Of a stretch of 64,000 nt of DNA, positions 25,754 to 38,507 are shown in pieces. Each line of letters opens with the position of its first letter. The first letter of the stretch is position 1. The position numbers and the translations under genes were made by a program. A model generated the notes under the pieces. It was not told where the DNA came from and did not search any database. It saw only the letters and a list, made by a program, of their open reading frames with translations. The DNA is from Schmidtea nova (taxonomy: Eukaryota). The stretch covers positions 257,362,001 through 257,426,000 of the forward strand of contig CM097883.1 of the NCBI GenBank assembly GCA_044892505.1, in the 5' to 3' direction.

Positions 25754-26064
25754 ATGGTGATATTGTTTGTTAAATTCAACATATTTGAAATTTTAAACAT
25801 TAATAAATACCAAAATTATGCAATCTCATAAAAGTAGTTTATTATAACAAAGTTAAAATATCAACAAATCATTAATCGAAATAATCCAATAACGTCAATA
25901 ATATTTCACGTAAATATTTATAAACAAAATATATTACCGATAAATAATTTAGTTGCATATTTAAATTAACTTTTGTTTAAATAAGTGATTTTTTGGCACT
26001 TTTTATAAAATTTTAACTACATAAATTTATGAAGAATTTAAGTCTTTTAAAACCAAGTTTGATT

Positions 26065-26340
26065 TAACAGGCGACCACGCCGAAAATGAGAATATCAATG
26101 CAGTTTCGAAATCAACGAAGTCGTTAATGGAATGCCTACCAAAATCATGCCTAGATATGTTCACACTGAATATCAGACGATATGATGGACGAGGATCAAA
26201 AGAAGCAGAGACATATAAGAATGGCTGTTGACAAATGGACAGCGATTGACAATCATCTTCGATGTGCTATTACAGGCAGAAGCTAAGATATTGTTGGGAA
26301 ACGTCAAAGAAACAGAAACAACAGATGTGAAAGCCTAAAC
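26065..26340 (+). pseudogene. Second gypsy gag remnant, related to 2383-2658
   Basis: GGCGACCACGCCGAA PBS-like 15-mer, then LMECLPKSCLDMFTLNIRRYDGRGSKEAET, which aligns with IVESLPKNVQDSIYPVIKKFFGGKKEDAKD. Confidence 0.55.
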
Positions 26341-26679
26341 TTGGTTCTTAAATACATTCACAAAATTTGTAATTTTAATATTTTGGTGATAAGTCAAAAG
26401 CGAAAGAAAGAAAATTTAAGAGAGAACTAAAGTTAGAATCCAGATTAACTCATTTTTTCTCGCGTACCAGAAAGGGAGATTGCCAGTTGGGACCCCTACC
26501 GTAACACTGAAGAGAGAAGACCAAAGTTTTTATAATTGAACTTGACAAATTTGAAAATAAAGATTATTGTGTTGAGTTTTCTTTATTTTTATCAAAGAAC
26601 AGACACAGGAGTCAGATATCAACCGGCTAATTTTTTAATAACCCAACACTACTTTCCTCTTTTGACATAATTCCCATGA

Positions 26680-26764
26680 TTGAATAACTCATTGAATAAC
26701 TCATTGAATAACTCTTTGAATAACTCATTGAATAACTCATTGAATAACTCATTGAATAACTCAT
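26680..26764. repeat. 12-bp tandem repeat (ATTGAATAACTC), about 7 units
   Basis: Directly visible. Confidence 0.9.
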
Positions 26765-26989
26765 CCATATCATATCCTATCTTGATGTATTCTATCACTT
26801 TTCGAACCCCCCCCGTTGTATATGTATAATGAAGTCTTTTTGACTGCTTTTGGAATCCATGTTTTTTTCATTATGTGTTTTTAATATACTATCTTTGATC
26901 TTAAATTTATGATTGTGCATTGTCTCTTTTAATAGTTATGAAAATTATTAATTTAATCATTATTATTTTGCCACACTTTGATCTTATGG

Positions 26990-27530
26990 AATCATTGAAA
27001 GCAGTCTTGTCATAGTTTTTTCCACTTAAGCATCTTCATGAATCATTAAATATTGTGTGCATTTTCACATTTGTCTCTTAATATAACATCAGCATTTGAA
27101 TATTCTGTTCTTTTCTTATATTCTATGTTCATATCCAAACTGCTTAAAAAATGTATCCACGGCTGAATTTGCGCGGTGATTGTCTTCTTTGTTTCAATCA
27201 TAAATGTAAATCTTTTTCAAAAAAGGTAATGCTTAAAATGTTGAGTATTAAAATATATTGCAAATAATTATTTTTTTCGTAATATATTATCCGATTTCAT
27301 GTTTACTCATTGTGTATGAACCGAAAGCAACAACTCTTCCGCTTCTATGTTCGCCTTTTAGTGATAGTACTGCACCTATCGTATCAAAATTTGCTACAGT
27401 ATCTAGAATGCAGCTTTTCCTAAATTCTGAATATATAAAGACTGGGGTTACTGACAATGCGTTTTTTAATTCTGCAAAGGCTTCCTTGTAATAATCTGAC
27501 AATATTGGCTTTTCTTTTATTTTCTGTAAT
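26990..27530 (-). pseudogene. Ty3/gypsy pol remnant (RT connection / RNase H)
   Basis: KEAFAELKNALSVTPV, IGAVLSL..RVVAFGSYTMSKHEIG, QHFKHYL and IQPWIHFLSSLDMNIEYK..SNADV; frameshifted. Confidence 0.8.
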
Positions 27531-27541
27531 AATTACATATA

Positions 27542-28720
27542 CAGTAAAACCTCGATATAACGGACTAATTGGAGGGAGGGGGTGTCCGTTAAAGCCGAAA
27601 GTTCGTTATATAAAATATGTTTAAAATAAATCAAAAATTCTTTTTTTGAAAATATGTACACTGTATTTAGATATAAATAAAAAATACATAACACAAAGAA
27701 AATACTATTTAATTGTCTTCGGACACTCATCATGAAGTGACGTTGCTGTTTGATATCGACGTACTTGCTTTCGATAATCCTGTTTTGAAAAGGAATCAAG
27801 TCTTGTTAGCAATTTTGAAGTTTGCTGTTTTTTTTTAAATTCAACTCTCTAAAATTACAAAAATGCGTATAATTTATTTGAACTTCGTTTTCTGACGAAT
27901 AGTCAGTAAATGTTATTAGATCTTCAAAATGTGATCTCACCACTAATAACTACATTTTTCGCAGTGTTGTTTCTTCTTCGCTATCTTTACTTTCATCCTT
28001 ATTTTTAGGTTCATAACTTCATATGCTAATTCACTTTCTGTCATGATATTTTACCCAGAATCACCTTCATCTACTTCTAGCCGTTATAAAATATCTTCAG
28101 ATACTTCTTCTCCGACATTATTATATATTGTCCTACAGAAATCAGGAACTTCTAACCCTTCTAAATCTATGTCTGCATCTTGGCTATCAAACAAATTCTT
28201 CCAACCATTTTTTAATGTTTGCACTTTCACCTCTTTCAATGCTGCGGAAAAATTAAACATCATTGATTTTAAATCGTAACACTTAAAGTTATGCAAAATA
28301 CGCTGTCTTCTTGTCTATTCTGCCTTTTCTTTATCCTGCAATATAACCATTATATCATCTAAAAACTTTCTGCAACATATTTTTTTTGTTGCTAAAATTA
28401 TTTCCTGATCCATGGGTTGAAGAAGCGATGTTTTATTTTTTGGCAAAAACATACAACTAAAGTTTTTATCTTCTGAACTTGGAATATTTTTAGAGGGATG
28501 AGCAGGAGCATTGTCTTAAATCAATAAACATTTTTCCTCTTCCAGTGGTATTCCCAGTTTCTTCTCTTGAAATTTTTCTCACTCTAGGTACAAATTCTTT
28601 AAAAAATCAATTTTTGAAAATATCTGAGTTAAGTAATGTCTTATTAGAGTTAAAATTGTTGGGCAAAACTAAACCCAGCAAGTTTTTTTGTTTTAGTGAA
28701 ACGGTAACATTGCATGTTGA
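27542..28720 (-). mobile_element. Tigger/pogo (DDE_1) transposon remnant, 5'-truncated
   Basis: TA followed by the TIR CAGTAAAACCTCGATATAACGGAC at 27542. The minus strand reads DIFKN*FFKEFVPRVR, DNAPAHP and FLPKNKTSLLQPMDQEII. Confidence 0.85.
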
Positions 28721-30126
28721 GAGCGCGCAAGTGAATTAAAATTTTGTAATGAGATACACCAATTAAACAAATAAATAACAAAATACAACGAAAATTAAAT
28801 AAAACATGTATAAAAGATAAAATGAACAAAAGCGCACTAAGTAAACACATAAAAAACACAAACATAATATAAAAACACTAATTACAGAATTTAATTACAA
28901 ATTAGGAAATATCATCAATATCGTCAAATTTAATTCTGGAAAAATCGAAAAATTCAATTTAGGAATTTTCTTTAAATGCATAANNNNNNNNNNNNNNNNN
29001 NNNNNNNNNNNNNNNNNNNNNNNNNNNNNNNNNNNNNNNNNNNNNNNNNNNNNNNNNNNNNNNNNNNNNNNNNNNNNNNNNNNNNNNNNNNNNNNNNNNN
29101 NNNNNNNNNNNNNNNNNNNNNNNNNNNNNNNNNNNNNNNNNNNNNNNNNNNNNNNNNNNNNNNNAACTTGATGTTTCTTATATAAATAAAAAACAAGACT
29201 GGTTCTTTTCAAAAACTTTATTTATTTTTAACAATTACAAATTTATAAAAACAACAATTACCACACAATGNNNNNNNNNNNNNNNNNNNNNNNNNNNNNN
29301 NNNNNNNNNNNNNNNNNNNNNNNNNNNNNNNNNNNNNNNNNNNNNNNNNNNNNNNNNNNNNNNNNNNNNNNNNNNNNNNNNNNNNNNNNNNNNNNNNNNN
29401 NNNNNNNNNNNNNNNNNNNNNNNNNNNNNNNNNNNNNNNNNNNNNNNNNNNNCTTGAGCTCGGTATATTGTATGCTCGATTTTTAAAATATAATTCACTA
29501 GCCGATAACAACTGTGATTTAATCGCAATGATTTTATGGGGTGATTTGACTGAAAAATCAGTCTGGTTATATACCATATTTCTGTTGACGACCCATTTCG
29601 AGTGTCAACATACTTTATTTATTTAATTCGATTTATTTAATTTTTTCTGGCACTAAGTGCCTTTTGTTTGCTTAATCCGCATTGCGGTATTTTGTTTATT
29701 TTTTTTCAATTGAAGTAATTTTCTTGAAAGCCAACAAAAAATGGTGAAAATGATCAATATAAAATTACACAATTTCTCATAAATTTACCAATCAAGATCA
29801 GGCGATATAAATAGTTTGATTATAAAATTAATTATAATAATAATAATATAAATAATACAATAATAATGATTAAAAAAAAATAATAATAATAATAATAATA
29901 AATATAAAAATATTAATTATAATAAAAATAATCATAATAATGACATCATTTATTTATCATTCATCAACATAGTACTACTGGTCGATGATAGTACTAATGG
30001 TTGATAATAAAAATATTAATAATAATTAATAATAATACTAATAACAATAATAACGATAATAATAATAATAATAATGGTAGTCTTTTACAATAATACTAAA
30101 AATAAAATGTTGACGGTAAAAATTCT

Positions 30127-30129
<3 letters not shown>

Positions 30130-30196
<67 letters not shown>
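30130..30196. repeat. (TA)n microsatellite
   Basis: Directly visible. Confidence 0.95.
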
Positions 30197-30199
<3 letters not shown>

Positions 30200-30250
30200 A
30201 CACACGCACATACATATATACATTTATTCAAAACAGTAACAATTATTATC

Positions 30251-30454
30251 ATAATTATCTTTTTTCACCTTTGATCTTTTTTTATTATTATTATCAATAA
30301 TTCCCATAATGATGACTATAGATCAAAATTTCTTTTATAAACAATAACACAATATTTCGGCACAGCCATTATCAAATACACACTTGATAAAGGCTGTGTC
30401 GTAATATTGTGTACTTGTTTAAAGAAATTTTGATCTATAGTTTTACCATTATGG
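30251..30454. repeat. Palindromic dispersed repeat (family C), continued at 31574-31592 after the hAT insertion
   Basis: Inverted arms around CAGCC(A/T)TTATCAA-ATACACAC-TTGATAAAGGCTG; further copies at 43195-43405 and 49740-49870. Confidence 0.75.
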
Positions 30455-31573
30455 TACGGTGACCATACGTACCACATTGTGTGGTACAGTACAACATTTT
30501 GAACAGGCGTCCAACATTGTCAACTGCACCACATTTTGTACCACATTTAAGTCATTTCATTAATATATCGATTTAAAAAATTATCAATCATTTTTTGTAA
30601 AAGTTTTAAGTTTACTGGGTTGTTTTAGGAGTCGATATATTAATAACAAATAATATGCTAATGATTAGCAGTCAAATGTTGTTTAAAAAAACTAGTCAAC
30701 GACGGCTCTATTAATGAAACTTGGTTTCTATCGCACGTAAAAAATTTTTATCAGAACTGTTTTCAATATTTAGAGAAGTGGTCGTGTCAGTTTACTAACA
30801 TTAAAACTTTTAAATGGATTTTACTTAAAACTTGCCCACAATGGCAAGAATTACAAAGTTCATATGAATTTGTTTCGAAAAATTTTCCAGATATTGAAAT
30901 TAATGACAACGTATTATTTGATGAAATCAGTTATATTAAAAAATATGTAACTGAAACGAAAATAAATTATTGGACTGAAAATAATATTACAACCGATATG
31001 AGATGGGTAGAGATGTTTCAGCATTTTGAGACTGAACACGTACCTTTTAAAAACGTTTTAAAATTGGTAGAATATTCATTGTGTTTGCCAGGTACAAATG
31101 CTGCCACAGAAAGAGTTTTCTCTTTAGTTAATAATATCTGGACTTCTGAAAAAACACAATTATCAGTAGAAACGTTAAAAGCAATACTAATTGTGAAATG
31201 TAATTTTTCTAATGATTGTGATAGTTTTTATGGCAATATTATAAAAAACGATGAGATTTTGAAAAAGATAAATTCTGCCGAAAAATATCTGTGAATTGCA
31301 ATGTTGTTAAACATGTTATTTTATTTATTTTTGTTATTTAATTATATTATTTTGAATTTAAAATACTGTACTGTAACAGTATAACATTTAATTTATGTTA
31401 TTTTCTACTTCTACTTAATTGAATGAATTGTTGACAATTACTTAATTTTTATTAAATTTAAATAAATTTGTGATACGATAAATATGTGTCATATATAAAT
31501 TAATATTTTTTTTTATTTTTGGAAAAACCACCCCTCTGTACCACATTCACTATCAAGAAATCTGGTCACCGTA
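30455..31573 (+). mobile_element. Internally deleted non-autonomous hAT (1119 bp) keeping the C-terminal dimerisation domain
   Basis: TIRs TACGGTGACCA, perfect TSD CATTATGG at 30447-30454 and 31574-31581, and ORF 30998-31294 with LPGTNAATERVFSLVNNIWT. The empty site is visible in the family C copy at about 49810. Confidence 0.92.
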
Positions 31574-34469
31574 CATTATGGGAATTATTGATATTAATTT
31601 TAAATTAATAAATTAAATTAAGCTTAGAATATATGTTATTACTTATTTAAAAATTAGCCAGCATTTAAATCAACATAAGAATTAAAGAAGAATAGCCTTC
31701 AAGTTTTTGTTTGAATACTACGAGAAAAATCGTAGTTTTGAATATAATAAATTTTTTAGATAATTATGTCTTTTTAATAGATACAGAAAATGAATTCGAA
31801 ATCGTTGTTGCTAATAATTATGTCTTGGGAATATTTTAAAAGTGTGATCAACTAATGAATTTATTTTATATGATTGATTTTATATGTAATTATTTTTCTT
31901 TTATTATCTCCCATCTAACTCAGCTAAGGCTTATATAATTTCAAACATTTTATTGGTTTCTTTTATCATTTACTATCATTTACTAATTTTTATTTCCATA
32001 CCTTTTGATGTCGTTCCGGTAACATGTGCCGTACTGACTAAGTTGCCGAATTGTATCGCTGGTTGGTTTAGGTCATTTCAGCCTGTTCGGCCCATATTTC
32101 TATAGAGGTAACAAGTATACACACCCATGATCACTTTATCTTATATCTGGTTGAAAAAGAAACAGTGGCTTGGCCAAGGGCAAGTCATTTTCAAATTAAT
32201 GTTTATTTATATTACCGAAGCTATTCAAATTTTTATTAATGTACCTTTATTTCACTCTTAAAACACTCATATGCGATACACACCTGTAAAGGTTCAATTT
32301 TTGCTTTTAATTTTGTTAATTGTTTTATTAATTGGGTGTGTGATGTTTCCCCCTGTTTGTTTTGTTTTGTGAATAATTTTTGTAATTATGTAAATTTGAT
32401 AATTGCGAGGGTTTAATTGTATGAATCTGATGGTTATGAAAGTTTGATTATAAAAATATAAGAAATGATGAAAATTCAAAAAAAATCAATAAAAAATAAT
32501 TAAATGGAATTACCAAGCAAATAACTAAAGAAAATAATAATAACTATAGAAAAAAATTTAACCTAGGGAGAATTTTAAAAAATTGGAAATTAAGAAAAAT
32601 TAAATATAAAACGAATTAAAAATATCAAAGAAATGCAAAAGAATCTACAAAAAAGAAAAGACTGAAAATTTTAACGTACTAAGGATAAATTATATGACTG
32701 ACTTCATAATTCAATTTAAAGAGTTGTGAGTAAATTTTTTTTGTATCTTGTGGTTATCATTGTTCAAAAAAAATTATTATAAAAATTGGTTTGTTTGTTA
32801 TCTGTTAGTTATTACTGTAAACAATCTTGCAAACACACACAAATAAATATATAAACAATATATTATTCACCCCAACAGTCCCGAGACAATTTTTTACAGG
32901 AGACTCTGTTGGGCTCTTCAATCCTCTTACACTCATCGAATGCACATATGAAATCAACTTTTTGCTCGTTCTTTATCACCGAATATGTGAATTTCCAACT
33001 TAATCAAATTCTTACTCAAATCGAATCGAATCACGAACTCCGAAATTTACCATCTAAGAATTGATAATTGTACAGGGAAAACCCCAATTAATTGGACGTA
33101 ACTCGCTCAAAATACCACAATTTTAAATAAATTCTTAATAACATATACTCAAATGTCGGTAAAAAATGATAGAAGCTGGTCAAAAGAAATATAAAAAGCG
33201 TAAGGAGATAAAAACAGGCTTGAAATGCAATAGAAAAGTAGAATTTCGAGTTTTCGAACCAGCTTATTGTTGAACTGAGCAATTCATCTAAAACGAAAAA
33301 GGTTATCAGCAAAATCTAATAAATAAATCATAAAATATACCTGAAAATAGTCCTCAGCAAGTCAGCAAAAGCTGTAAATTAAAAAATAAAATAATAATAT
33401 TAAATAATATTAAATAATAATTACTATAAATTATAATAAGTAAAGAAAATTACCATTCCCAAATTTAACGTAGAGGTAGTCGTAATACCGAAAAGATGAA
33501 GAGAATCTAGAATCGATCAAATTTAGATCAAGATATTTAAGTAAAATAAAAGTACTTTTTTATTAATTCATGGGGTAGACGTTGATCCGCAAGACCGGAT
33601 ACCTAGAAAATCAATCAATTTTACAAATAAAGAAACAATAAGTTTACTACACTCTGAACGGTAGGTTAGTTTTGATTGGCTGAAACATTGAGTCAGATCA
33701 GTATAAATACTGAGGCTAAAACAAGCAAAGAACAGATTATCAAATTTTCTGTTAGTTTTGCGACTGCAAGTAATAGAAAATGCGACTAATTTACTATATA
33801 TTTGTAAGCTCATGTAATTTTAATTTCAATTATAATTTTTCATTTATTTATTATTTGATTTTATGATGATATTATTATTAAAATCCCTGATAGTTTTCGT
33901 CCTCTGCAGTGTCAGGCTGCGAGAGTAACAGTCGATCGATGGGGCTTCTTAGAGCTCCGTCGGATGGTGATCGTTTAAACAAATTAAACATGAGAAACGG
34001 AGTGGGAAGGGATGCACATGTGACGCTTTGTAGAGTCAACTTTTATTGGCGAAAAGAAATTTTTTAGTTGTTTTATTTGAACTTGAATCGAATATGAAAT
34101 GGAACCTAAGGACAGGGGCAGTGAGCACACGACATGCAAGCTTCAGTTGAACATAAATCCAGTTCGGTTTGGACATCCATTAGGAGTGAAGATTGAGAAT
34201 TGGAGAGTTAAGATGCAGGTTTTTATCACCAACTAATGCAATGTGGAAAAAATGCACATAAGGAAAATGTGATTGTTCAGAAAACCACCAATATTAGTAA
34301 ATAATTCAGTACAGTCAACGGAAGGTTAGTGCAGTAAAGCGTGCTGAATAATAACAAATCAACCTAACAAAGGCAGATAAAAAGTTGACTGATTTGCGGG
34401 GTTTTTTGGCATCAATGCGTAATACTATTTCAACCCATTTATTTCCATAATTCATTTTATAGATTCACT

Positions 34470-36460
34470 CATGTACGAGTGTACCGATTTATAGGAATAT
34501 ATGCGTGTCTGGGAAAGGAGCGGTCATCTCTTAAATATCCAAAAGAAAGTCAAAGCACAACAGCGCCGGGTTTTAGGCTCTCTGAAGGAACTGCGCCGAG
34601 AACTTAGTCTGCAAGTACACCAAAGAATGATGAAATAGCAACAGTAACTGTGTCGCACATGTCCGTTTTCAATATTAGAGAACAATGGATAAGACGAAAT
34701 CTGGTATCGAGGAAGTCCTTGGTGGGCCGTTGATGTCGATGAGAAGTATCCTGCTTCTTGATGTCAGTACAACGAACTGTAACTGTGCGAGCGTCGAATT
34801 TCTGATGTCTAATATCGTTGATGCCAATTATAGATCATGCCCGAGAAGGAAAGCTCATCCATCACACTGAAGTGCAAGTGTCGAAAGCGATATCTAAAAA
34901 CCAGCCACCAAGTATCCGAGAGGCTGGAACTCACCATCGCACGTGAACACTATTTCTCTTCCAGCCAGATGAGGAAGCAAATTCAAAAGACCGAAGGGGC
35001 GAAGAAGACCACGAACGAAGTCCAACTCGAACTCAATGCCGTGAAAATCGAGCTACGAAACTGCTTAAACTAAGTGACGAAATCATTCATCGAATCAGAA
35101 TCCTCATCCGTCCAATCACGTACTGTCGGTGGATAGACGCAGCAAGCAATCAACACTTGGTGTGGGACGATTTCTATCGAATCCGAATCAAACGCCCCAC
35201 AACCGACCAACAGTCAACCGCAAGAAACAAATCTCACCGTTTCCCGTCCCAAGAGAAACGCATCGGCTCAAGGCGACGGCGGCAGAAGAAGTAGTTCGAG
35301 AGACAACTAAGAGCTCAAGTGGACGATCTGGACGAGTTGTCTGAATTGGAGTTGCTGAACATCGTCAGGCCATTCTAATGGAATAGAATCGCTTGTTATG
35401 AATAATAAATCTTAATGCGCAATGTTAGTAGGTTTCTAGGTACAGTGCAAGAGGTTCTTTGGACCCCTGAAAGATTTGCCCGCTCGATATTTACAGCAAG
35501 TCAATACACAGATGAGGATTTGGCGCACCGAGCAAAAGACTAAATGCTCTTTTTGCTATGTGGGAAGGCGACAAGGACGAATTTTGGTATCGGGGAGGAC
35601 CCCTATGGCCAATATCTTTGGACGTTGAGTATCCTATCAAATATACAGACTGGTTCATTGTAATCAAAGATGAGCGGATGCGTCCACGCAAGATTTGCAC
35701 CGTCAACATTCAAATAGCTGGGTTTTCTATTGAATTACCCTTTTCAGCTTCTCCGGGACAGTCAGAAGGAGATTTTAGCTAAATCACCAAGAGCTGACCT
35801 AAGGCAAGCATATATCAGACATCAAATCCAAATTCATTACATTTTTGCATATCAACTACATTATATATGTCATCCTCAATGAGAACCCTTATCTTTTGCA
35901 AATGCTCCCAAACAGATCAAAAGAGCCAAAGAAAAAAGATTGAACAGTTAAAATTGCAAATTACCAGGCTATTGGCACAGAGTATGGATTTGCAAAACTG
36001 TCTATTCACTCCTGACCAAATGAAAGAACAGATAATACGGACAGAAAGAGCGAACCGCGCTACCATTGAAGTCCAACTCGAACTTGACGCGGTCAAGTTG
36101 GAATTTAATCAATGTCTCAACGCCGTCACCCGATTCTACATCGAATCTAAATTGAAATCTTGAATCCGATCTATTACCTTCCATCATTGGACCAACTCAA
36201 CAAGAAGCCAACGCTCAGTTGGAACATATACGGTCAAGGTCACAAGAGAGATGCCCTTGACAACCAACAAATGGAAAAAGCACCTCATCTACCAGTACTG
36301 CTGTATAAGCACAAACGTATCGTCTCAAAGCGCTGCCGACAGAAGAAGGCGTCTGGGAAGAAATTAACCCTTCAAGTAGATGCACTCGAAATGTCGGAAT
36401 TGGATTTGCTGGCAGAAGTCATACCCTTGTAGTGGTTCCAGGAGTTTGTGATGATTAATA
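34470..36460 (+). pseudogene. Two tandem decayed copies (about 0.9-1 kb each) of an unknown GC-richer coding module; partial third copy at 37967-38085
   Basis: Paired blocks: WYRGSPWW / WYRGGPLW; EVQLELNAVKIELRNCLN / EVQLELDAVKLEFNQCLN; THRLKATAAEEVV / TYRLKALPTEEGV. Confidence 0.6.
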
Positions 36461-38507
36461 AATGTTAGTTGCTAATGATTTTTAAGCTAAAGATACTCTG
36501 TTTGTTCCAAAAACCCGTTAGGAAAATATGAAAGTGACCTTAAAGTTTATGTGATAAGACCTTCTAACGGTCATAACCCAAGTGGGCGAGAGAAGGGAAT
36601 AGTCACCGCTTGGGCAGCTCATCTGCCTGTTCGGCGTGCGTCAATATGCACAGTACCAAGGTGAAGAATGTAGGGGACTTCATGGGCGCATGATCGAAGG
36701 CATGACATTTCATGGGGTGTTCAGCTTCGTTTTCAATAGCTAGTAAATTTGAATTTCAAATACCAGAACACCAACATGTTACATGTATCAATAATCTTAA
36801 TATAATATTTTTATTTTGAATATTTAACTTAAATTCATATATTAAGCCTATTAAATTTGATGTATAAATGGTCCTCGGGGAAAAGGAAATACAAAATTTC
36901 ACAGCAATTAATATCTTTGAGTTATAAGTGTGCTAAATTAATTTTGTTTGATAAATCATATATAGTTGTGATACATTAAGGGACTAAAACTTGTATTACA
37001 CCTCCTATCGGTCGCCCTTGAACACACCGCGACATTCGGTCAGTCAGTTTCAAATTTTTCGACGCTCCTCTTTGCGAATGTCCACCCATTTGTTGCATTA
37101 CCAACGTTACACTGTATTGGGCAACAAGATGGTTAATTAATGTTTTTTTTATGTTGAGCCATTATAATGGTTAAGGTCATAATGACTATCAACAACCCAC
37201 AAACGTATGAAACGGGCAGATGTTGCATCATATTTTTTAAAACTCTAGATTTACGACAACTACAGGAGTTAGTTGATGCGATCCATCAGCGTAGGCCGAG
37301 AACCTGTCTTGCTGATTTTTCTTCCAGGATTCGATTTTTCATATTTAAGGGATTGTGTGCTTTCAGGCAAAGTATTCCATAACAAATCATTTTCGTCAGC
37401 ATTGTAAATCTGAGATTCTAATAGCATTAGTTACTTTTATGTTGTACTAATTTTAAAAGGTTCAATTTATTCTTTTGGTACAGTTGAAGCTTCTTTTATT
37501 CGTGATTCCGTGTCTTTTGTGAAATAGAGAAAAAACGGCATATCTTGACAGATGTCAAATTAGGATGAAAATTTGAACTAAGCTGAAAGCAAAAACAGGA
37601 AAAACAAAATTTATCTCGAGCCAGAAAATGATGAGCTATTAAAGGGAAAGCCACAGCAGTTGAATCAAAGTTTAGATTGGAAAAAAATTAAAAGATAACT
37701 TGCATCGGAGAAAATTATATTAAATAAAAGAAATTAGCTTGGTTAATTTAGAGTTACATTATTGAAAAACTTGTTTTGATAAGATAAAATCAACGAAGTA
37801 AACGAGAATTAGAAGTGTCAAAGTACATTGAATAAAGTATCAAGTTAAAGTACGAAAACAACCGAAATCAATTGTCAAAAATTTAATCTAAATCAGTGGT
37901 CAGTTATTGTTGTATTCTAGGTATTATATATTAGGGCTATTCCTCGCGAAGTGTTGTATTAAGCTCTGTCATCATCAATGAGAACTCTTATCTCTTGCAA
38001 ATGCGCCCAAACATATCAAGAGTCAAAGAAAAGAGATTGAACAGTTAAAATTGCAAATTACCAGGCGATCGGCACAGAATATGGAATATTTGGTGTTGAA
38101 TTTTTCTTGTCATTATAAATTGTGTATTTAACTGTGATAATCAATAAAGGTTTATATTATCTGAAAATCGTAATCGGGGTCAAATACGATGTATTTGGGT
38201 CAACTATGGTATAACGATACCGTTTATTGTGTAATATTGTATAATTTGTTATGTAAATAAGTCAACTTCCAATTATTACGTAACCTCGGGTACTGTACCT
38301 GACGGGGAAACATCCTACTACTCCAATAAAGGTTTACATTGTCTGAAAATCGTTCTTTTGCGGATCAGATAAAGGCAGAAATTAATTAGTAAATTTCACA
38401 AACAACCTAATGACGCATCAATATTAAAGTTTATATTAGAAAGGTTGAATACAAGTTATATTTTTACAAAGTTTATTATAAATACACAAATACAACAAAA
38501 TAGTTTT

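Larger units (their letters stand above)
28715..37200 (+). pseudogene. Copy 2 of the triplicated unknown unit, expanded by insertions
   Basis: GAGAGCGCGCAAG at about 28719, GCCAACAAAAAATGG at about 29730 (ATG 29741), exon A at about 32010-32188, CAACTTTTTGCTCG at about 32955 and block B at about 37003-37200. Confidence 0.4.

Noticed and set aside
33088-33830. Possible minus-strand multi-exon gene with small introns
   Set aside because: No splice combination I tried gave a continuous frame from an ATG; at best a pseudogene.
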